This document shows, piece by piece, positions 40,699-45,417 of a stretch of DNA of 45,417 nucleotides (the stretch's first letter is position 1; each line of letters opens with the position of its first letter). The stretch is from assembly GCA_030636765.1 (NCBI GenBank), contig DAOVWI010000002.1:1-45417 (forward strand). Direction: 5' to 3'. The stretch is from Gemmatimonadales bacterium. Lineage in GTDB: Bacteria > Gemmatimonadota > Gemmatimonadetes > Palauibacterales > Palauibacteraceae. A program made the position numbers and the translations under genes. The notes beneath the pieces are model-generated. The model searched no databases, was not told where the DNA came from, and was given only the letters and a program-made list of their open reading frames with translations.

Positions 40699-43170
40699 CT
40701 ACAACCCCCACCTCACACCCACGAGCGGGATGAACGGCACGGCTCCGAGAGAGACGGGCCTGCTGTCCTCATCCGGATTGAACTGGAAGAAGAGCGCGTC
40801 CCGTCGATCGAGCGCGTTCAACAGCTTGAGGTACGGCGAGATGCTGAAGGTGACTCCGCTCAGATGGAGGATCCACGTTCGGTAGATGGTTCCGTCCAAC
40901 CGCAGGTACGTGCCCTGTGCCGTGCCGACCAACGCCGGAGGCTCCTGTTGCTGCCGGAAGCTCAGGCGTCCGGCGGGCTGAAGGCCCTCGGTTCCACCGT
41001 CGCTTCCGCCGCCCAGGGATCCTGACTGTTCGTCTTCACTTTGCGGGATCTTCGTGAAGGGGAGCGCGGTGCCGTAGGCGAAGTTCACGTCCAGCCCGAT
41101 GCCCGAGATGAGCTGGGCGCTCAGTCCGCCCGTCACGAGGTGTCGGCCGACCAGGCGCGTCGTCTCGAACGGCTCTTGCGGCCTGTACCAGGCCACCGAA
41201 TACCCGATCCACCCGCCGAGGGCGGCCGCGTCCCTTTGGATCCAGAAGTCGATTCCCGACGCGTCCAGGTCGGGGCCTAGCGGGAGATTCTCGAAAGACT
41301 TGATGTAGCCCTCGATCCCGATGGTCAGCTGTTTCAGCGGCCGGGTGTTGAGGCCCACCACGAAGTGAGTCGAGCTCGAGACCTGGAGGGACGAGCTGTT
41401 CGCGGCATCGGGGGAAGCGGTCTGCGAGGTCGGGTCGTCCGACGCGATCCCTGAGAAGCTCCCGATCTCCGTCGAGAGGAGCGTCTCCGGCGAGAGGACT
41501 CGCTGGTGATATCGCCCGGCGGACACGGAGATCTGGCTGCCCTCCGCGAACTGCCAGGCAGCGCTCAGGCGCGGGGCCAGCCGGCCGCCCTCGGCGAAGA
41601 AGTACTCCGTGCGCAGGCCGCCGCGGAGCAGGAGCGTGGGCGCCAGCTGGAGGGCGGCGTCCGCGTGCGCAGAGACCGACTCGCCGGTGGCTCGGCTGCT
41701 GAACGTGGTCTCGGTCTCCTGGGGCGCGGAGCGCGCCGCGTGCGCGAGCGAAACCCGATCGAAGGAGGCACCAAACTCCACCCTCGCGGCACCGATCGAT
41801 CGGCTCAGAATGCCCGCCAATCTGGCTCGCCGCGAACGGCCATCCACGAGCCGCGGTGTCTTCCCGCCCACGGGAAGACGGGTCGTGAACTCGCCGAAGG
41901 CGGCCGTAAGCTCGAGACCGCTGCCAAACGCCTCTCCCCGATACTGCAGAGAACCGGCCGTATTGCCCCAGCTCGCGACCTCACCCAGCTCCGGCGCCGA
42001 CGCGGCCGGGTCCGCCGGGAGAGTGGTGTCGTCCGCGGTTGGGTCCACTGGGAGAGTGGTGTCGTCCGCGGCCGGCTCCTCGACAGGCCGAGCTAGATTC
42101 ACCGCCTCGCGGTTGAAGAACCCTGTGACGGAGAGCTGGCCGCTTTGGCCTATCGACCAGTCGAAGCGGACCAGGGCATCGGCATAATCGTACGGAAGCT
42201 CCTCGCCCGTGAGCCGATCGGGCCCCGCGCCGTGCACCCAGCGGCCACCCATCAGGAACGACCCGCCCGGCAGCGGACCCTCGACGTCCGCCCGGGCGCT
42301 CATCATGTCCAGGGCGCCGGAGGTGTGCACGCGATCGTCACGTCCCTGCCGCGAGCTGAGGTCCAGGATGTAGGAAAGCCCGCCGTCGTACCGAGCCGGG
42401 GCTCCGCCGATGAAGCGTCGCGATCCGCCGAGCACGTTAGGCATGAAGGCCTCGATCAGCCCGCCGAGGTGGAACGGGGCGTAAACGGGTGCCCCATCCA
42501 GCAGCACGAGCTTGAGGTCCGACGTCGCTCCGCGCACGTACAGGATACTGGACGGGTCGGTGGCGTCCGGGCCGGCGGTGGCCTGCATCACCTGCAGAAG
42601 TCCGAGCTCGGCCACGCCCGGAGAGGAATCCAGCATTCGGCGCTCGGATTCCGCCAACATGGACAGATGGTTCTCCGCCGCCAGCCGGTTCTTCGGGTCG
42701 GTCTCCGCCGCCTCTGCCAGTCGGACCGGACTGGTTCGAGCGCTCAGCGGCGCCATCTCGATCGGTGCGACAGCCAGCGTGAGGTCGAGCGAGATGTGCC
42801 CGCCCCTAGGCACCCGGATCCCGACGACCAGCTCCGAGTGATCCAGCGCGCGAGCGCGGACGAGGCGAGGGCCCGGCGGCACCGATTCGAGCCGGTACCG
42901 CCCGAAGCGGTCGGTGACCGAAGAGATCGCGACGCTTCCCACGAGCACCTCGACGACGGCGAAGGGAAGCGCGAAGCCGGTGAGCTGACTCTGCACCCGC
43001 CCCGTCACCGTGCCGGCGGTGGTGTCGGAACGGGAGGTTGCACTCTGCTGAAAGGCGGGGTCCTGAGACCGGAGAGCCAGGCGAATGGGCACGCTTGTCG
43101 CCGGCAAAGGCTCCGAAGAAGTTGCGAGCCCTGATGCGGCGAGGACGCTGATGAGCAGAGAGGCCAGCAA
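40699..43170 (-). CDS. TonB-dependent outer-membrane receptor with an N-terminal CarboxypepD_reg domain
   Basis: CarboxypepD_reg block: GTVTGRVQSQLTGFALPFAVVEVL...GRYRLESVPPGP. Plug block: ILYVRGATSDLKLVLLDGAPVYAPFHLGG. A long beta-barrel region follows. The start is unresolved. The TTG at 43170 gives a short signal (LLASLLISVLAASGLATSS). The only upstream in-frame start (TTG at 43443) would overlap the anti-sigma gene by 220 nt. Confidence 0.8.
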   Translation of the reverse strand: MLASLLISVLAASGLATSSEPLPATSVPIRLALRSQDPAFQQSATSRSDTTAGTVTGRVQSQLTGFALPFAVVEVLVGSVAISSVTDRFGRYRLESVPPGPRLVRARALDHSELVVGIRVPRGGHISLDLTLAVAPIEMAPLSARTSPVRLAEAAETDPKNRLAAENHLSMLAESERRMLDSSPGVAELGLLQVMQATAGPDATDPSSILYVRGATSDLKLVLLDGAPVYAPFHLGGLIEAFMPNVLGGSRRFIGGAPARYDGGLSYILDLSSRQGRDDRVHTSGALDMMSARADVEGPLPGGSFLMGGRWVHGAGPDRLTGEELPYDYADALVRFDWSIGQSGQLSVTGFFNREAVNLARPVEEPAADDTTLPVDPTADDTTLPADPAASAPELGEVASWGNTAGSLQYRGEAFGSGLELTAAFGEFTTRLPVGGKTPRLVDGRSRRARLAGILSRSIGAARVEFGASFDRVSLAHAARSAPQETETTFSSRATGESVSAHADAALQLAPTLLLRGGLRTEYFFAEGGRLAPRLSAAWQFAEGSQISVSAGRYHQRVLSPETLLSTEIGSFSGIASDDPTSQTASPDAANSSSLQVSSSTHFVVGLNTRPLKQLTIGIEGYIKSFENLPLGPDLDASGIDFWIQRDAAALGGWIGYSVAWYRPQEPFETTRLVGRHLVTGGLSAQLISGIGLDVNFAYGTALPFTKIPQSEDEQSGSLGGGSDGGTEGLQPAGRLSFRQQQEPPALVGTAQGTYLRLDGTIYRTWILHLSGVTFSISPYLKLLNALDRRDALFFQFNPDEDSRPVSLGAVPFIPLVGVRWGL
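42008..42073. repeat. in-frame 33-bp tandem duplication inside the TonB-receptor gene
   Basis: GGGTCCGCCGGGAGAGTGGTGTCGTCCGCGGTT at 42008-42040 is repeated as GGGTCCACTGGGAGAGTGGTGTCGTCCGCGGCC at 42041-42073. Together they encode ...ADDTTLPVDPTADDTTLPADP... Confidence 0.9.
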
Positions 43171-43223
43171 CGGCGCACCCCCTGCGGAGCGAGACAGCGG
43201 ACCGCGGGTGGCCCTAGCTCTCG

Positions 43224-44039
43224 TCAGCCACCCGCTGGAAAGGACACCTCCGTATCCGACGAGTCTGCGGCCGGAGTCAACAGCTTCAGGTCCGGCCCTT
43301 CCTTGATCGCGACCAGGCGGCCGTTCACCTCGACCAGCGCGGTCGGCATCGTCCTCGGAATATACACCAACACCTCGCCGGGACCAGCGTCCAGCACCTC
43401 GATCTCGCCCGGCGCCGTTCGATAGCGGCCGTCCACCGACCAAACGGAGGCCGGACCTCTATTCAACAGGCGAAGCCGGATCATTGTTTCCGGAGCGGCC
43501 CCGGTGATCATGATACGCACGAGACCGTCTTTCGGTTGCACTGACACCGCCGCGGCCCGCCCCGACGCCTTCTCTCCGCTTTCGTCGGGCGGCGGAGTGG
43601 CAGGCCGGGTTCCCGCTACGAAGGCAACCTGCTCGACCGTCCACCTCAGCCAAGCCCGCATCGGAGAACCGGGGATCGCGGCGCTCGCACCGCTGAGGAG
43701 AATCACGATGAGGGCAGCGGCCATCAAGGGCCGCCTCGACAGGAAGCGGCGACGAAGCGGCCGGACGTCGAGCGTCAGTTCAGGCACCGGCGTGTCCAAC
43801 TGCTCCAGCGCGCGCGACAAGAGGCGCTCGCGGATCTCGGACGCCGAGACCACGGGGGCGGGTACATCCAGGCACGCCAGCCCTCCGGACAGATCCCGCC
43901 TGGCTGTCCTCAGCCCGGCGAGCACCTGCGCACAGGATTCGCATGCGTTGAGATGCAGCTCGACCTCCGCGCGCTCACCGAGCGAGAGCTCGTCGTCCAC
44001 GTACGACAGCAGAACGTGATCGGCCAGGTGTCCCATCAC
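43224..44039 (-). CDS. zinc-finger (HxxxCxxC) transmembrane anti-sigma factor
   Basis: Starts 1-4 nt after the sigma-gene stop (GTG at 44039 or ATG at 44036). Contains HLNACESC and one TM segment (LMAAALIVILLSGASAAI). Confidence 0.75.
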   Translation of the reverse strand: MMGHLADHVLLSYVDDELSLGERAEVELHLNACESCAQVLAGLRTARRDLSGGLACLDVPAPVVSASEIRERLLSRALEQLDTPVPELTLDVRPLRRRFLSRRPLMAAALIVILLSGASAAIPGSPMRAWLRWTVEQVAFVAGTRPATPPPDESGEKASGRAAAVSVQPKDGLVRIMITGAAPETMIRLRLLNRGPASVWSVDGRYRTAPGEIEVLDAGPGEVLVYIPRTMPTALVEVNGRLVAIKEGPDLKLLTPAADSSDTEVSFPAGG

Positions 44040-44040
44040 C

Positions 44041-44553
44041 CTATCTCTTCATCTCTTCCTCGGTCCCCTCTTCTCGGCCGTTTCCTTCCCGATACACGGA
44101 GGAGAATCGACGGAGCGCCCGAGCCAGAAGCGTCCCCACCGAACTGGGCGCCACTCCCACCACCTCGGCGATCTCCTCGTAGCGGAAGCCTTCCTCTCGC
44201 ATGAGAAGGATTTCGCGGTCTCTCGGGGCCAGCTTTGCCAGCGCCGCCCTTACCGCCTCGATCCGCTCGGCGCGCTCGACCGCCTCATCCGGCGGCGCGA
44301 GACGCGTCGGTCCCCTGTACGACTCTTGAAGCAACCGGCGCTGACGATCCGCCGAGCGAGCCCAATCGCGGACGAGGTTCGTCGCGACCGTGAAGAGCCA
44401 TCTCCGTGCGTCGGCGTCGGGAATCGGGTGCTGCAGCAGGCGAACGAACGCCTCCTGCGCGATGTCGGCCGCAACGTCCGCGTCGCCCGTCATCCTATTC
44501 AGATATCGGAACAGTGACGGGTATAGTTTGGCGAATACCGCCTCGAAGTCCAC
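44041..44553 (-). CDS. ECF (group IV) RNA polymerase sigma-70 factor
   Basis: Region 2 (YPSLFRYLNRMTGDADVAADIAQEAFVRLL, WLFTVATNLVRDW) and region 4 (LLMREEGFRYEEIAEVVGVAPSSVGTLLARA) are present. Confidence 0.85.
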   Translation of the reverse strand: MDFEAVFAKLYPSLFRYLNRMTGDADVAADIAQEAFVRLLQHPIPDADARRWLFTVATNLVRDWARSADRQRRLLQESYRGPTRLAPPDEAVERAERIEAVRAALAKLAPRDREILLMREEGFRYEEIAEVVGVAPSSVGTLLARALRRFSSVYREGNGREEGTEEEMKR

Positions 44554-44630
44554 ATCACCCCGCGGGTCGGGCCGCTTGCCAATGAAGAACGTGCCGGGCT
44601 CCGGATTAGTGACAGGTTAGCAGCCGCCTC

Positions 44631-45416
44631 CTACAGAGGAAACGCGTGCAGAGCCGCCGGCTTGATGCGGACCGCCACGCGCGAGCCGGGCTTGAGCCCG
44701 ATGCGCTCCGCAGCGGGCCGGCTGAGCAGGGCAACCGTGGCAGGCGGCCCCTGCAACCGCACGCGCACGAGTCCGCCGAGGACGCGGATCTCGGAAACGG
44801 TGGAGAAAAAGGAGTTGCAGGCCGAATCCAGGAGCTCCTCCTCGGCGGGGTCGGCGAGCACCAGATCCTCCGGTCGGTAGGCGACCTTCACCGTGCTGTC
44901 GCGTGCGGCAACCCCGATCGTGCGCATTCTCACCCCCTCCACAGAAACCACCAATAACCCGTCGTCCTCTCCCATCACCTGTCCACGCAGGGCGAGCTCC
45001 GCCCCCGTCAGACCCGCGATGTACAGCGTCGCGGGGTTCTCGTACAGATCGGCCGGCGTTCCCAGCTGAATCAGACGACCCTCCTCGAGCACAGCGATCC
45101 GGTCTGCCAGATAGAACGCTTCGTGCCGGTCGTGGGTTACCAGCAGGGTACTTCCGGCCCGTGTCCGGGCCAGCCTCTCCACGTCCTGGCGGAGCGCCGC
45201 CCGAACTTCCGCGTCCAGGTTGGAGGTGGGCTCGTCGAGGAACAGTATCTCGGGCTCGAGGACGAGCGCGCGAGCGAGCGCTACCCTCTGGGCTTCGCCG
45301 CCCGATAGCGTTGCCGCCGGCTCATCCAGGAGATGGCCGATGCCGAGAACCTGACAGATGCCGCTTACCCGCTTGCGGGTCTCGGGCGCTGCGGCCCGCC
45401 GAAACCGGAGGCCCAA
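44631..45416 (-). CDS. ABC transporter ATP-binding protein with a C-terminal TOBE/MOP-like domain (5' end outside the window)
   Basis: Has the signature LSGGEAQRVALARAL, Walker B ILFLDEPTSNLD and H-loop LLVTHD. The C-terminal ~110 aa resemble the regulatory TOBE fold of ModC/CysA/PotA-type importers. Walker A lies beyond the window edge. Confidence 0.85.
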   Translation of the reverse strand: MGLRFRRAAAPETRKRVSGICQVLGIGHLLDEPAATLSGGEAQRVALARALVLEPEILFLDEPTSNLDAEVRAALRQDVERLARTRAGSTLLVTHDRHEAFYLADRIAVLEEGRLIQLGTPADLYENPATLYIAGLTGAELALRGQVMGEDDGLLVVSVEGVRMRTIGVAARDSTVKVAYRPEDLVLADPAEEELLDSACNSFFSTVSEIRVLGGLVRVRLQGPPATVALLSRPAAERIGLKPGSRVAVRIKPAALHAFPL

Positions 45417-45417
45417 C

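Overview
This is a gene-dense, high-GC bacterial chromosomal window with about 38 supportable protein genes. I saw no rRNA, tRNA, CRISPR array, transposase or integrase. Hand counts of single 60-nt lines are mostly above 60% G+C (for example 77% at 15601), but a patch at about 31.0-33.9 kb drops to 45-53%. The gene content (several ECF sigma modules, CarboxypepD_reg-type TonB receptors, many exported S9/M20/M23/M24 peptidases) resembles Gemmatimonadota- or Acidobacteriota-like soil bacteria; this is inference only. Most long ORFs in the six-frame track are antisense or out-of-frame high-GC artefacts. I kept only ORFs with recognisable family motifs, operon logic or G/C-rich third codon positions. 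The main observations follow. (1) A co-directional block at 7500-16975 opens with a four-gene operon: serine-palmitoyltransferase-like enzyme, GNAT-fold acyltransferase, SDR reductase and PAP2 membrane enzyme. This looks like a ceramide/sphingolipid-type lipid pathway. It is followed by an ECF sigma / zinc anti-sigma / double-PDZ module and a LuxE/LuxC-like fatty-acid reductase pair, and the block ends at a strong hairpin. (2) A c-di-GMP module sits on the minus strand at 32265-36503. It contains a diguanylate cyclase fused to ferredoxin, a degenerate [FeFe]-hydrogenase-like domain and an extra Fe-S domain. A translationally coupled 245-aa unknown protein follows, then a membrane HD-GYP phosphodiesterase preceded by a 16-codon uORF with a perfect Shine-Dalgarno sequence. 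The HD-GYP gene and the TPR tail of the convergent SARP/STAND regulator lie in the low-GC patch. (3) Two small paralogous unknown proteins are translationally coupled to thymidine kinase. (4) A 117-aa all-beta-looking protein is coupled to an S9 peptidase. (5) There are several in-frame or intergenic tandem repeats. All functional calls come from motifs read by eye. No database search was possible.
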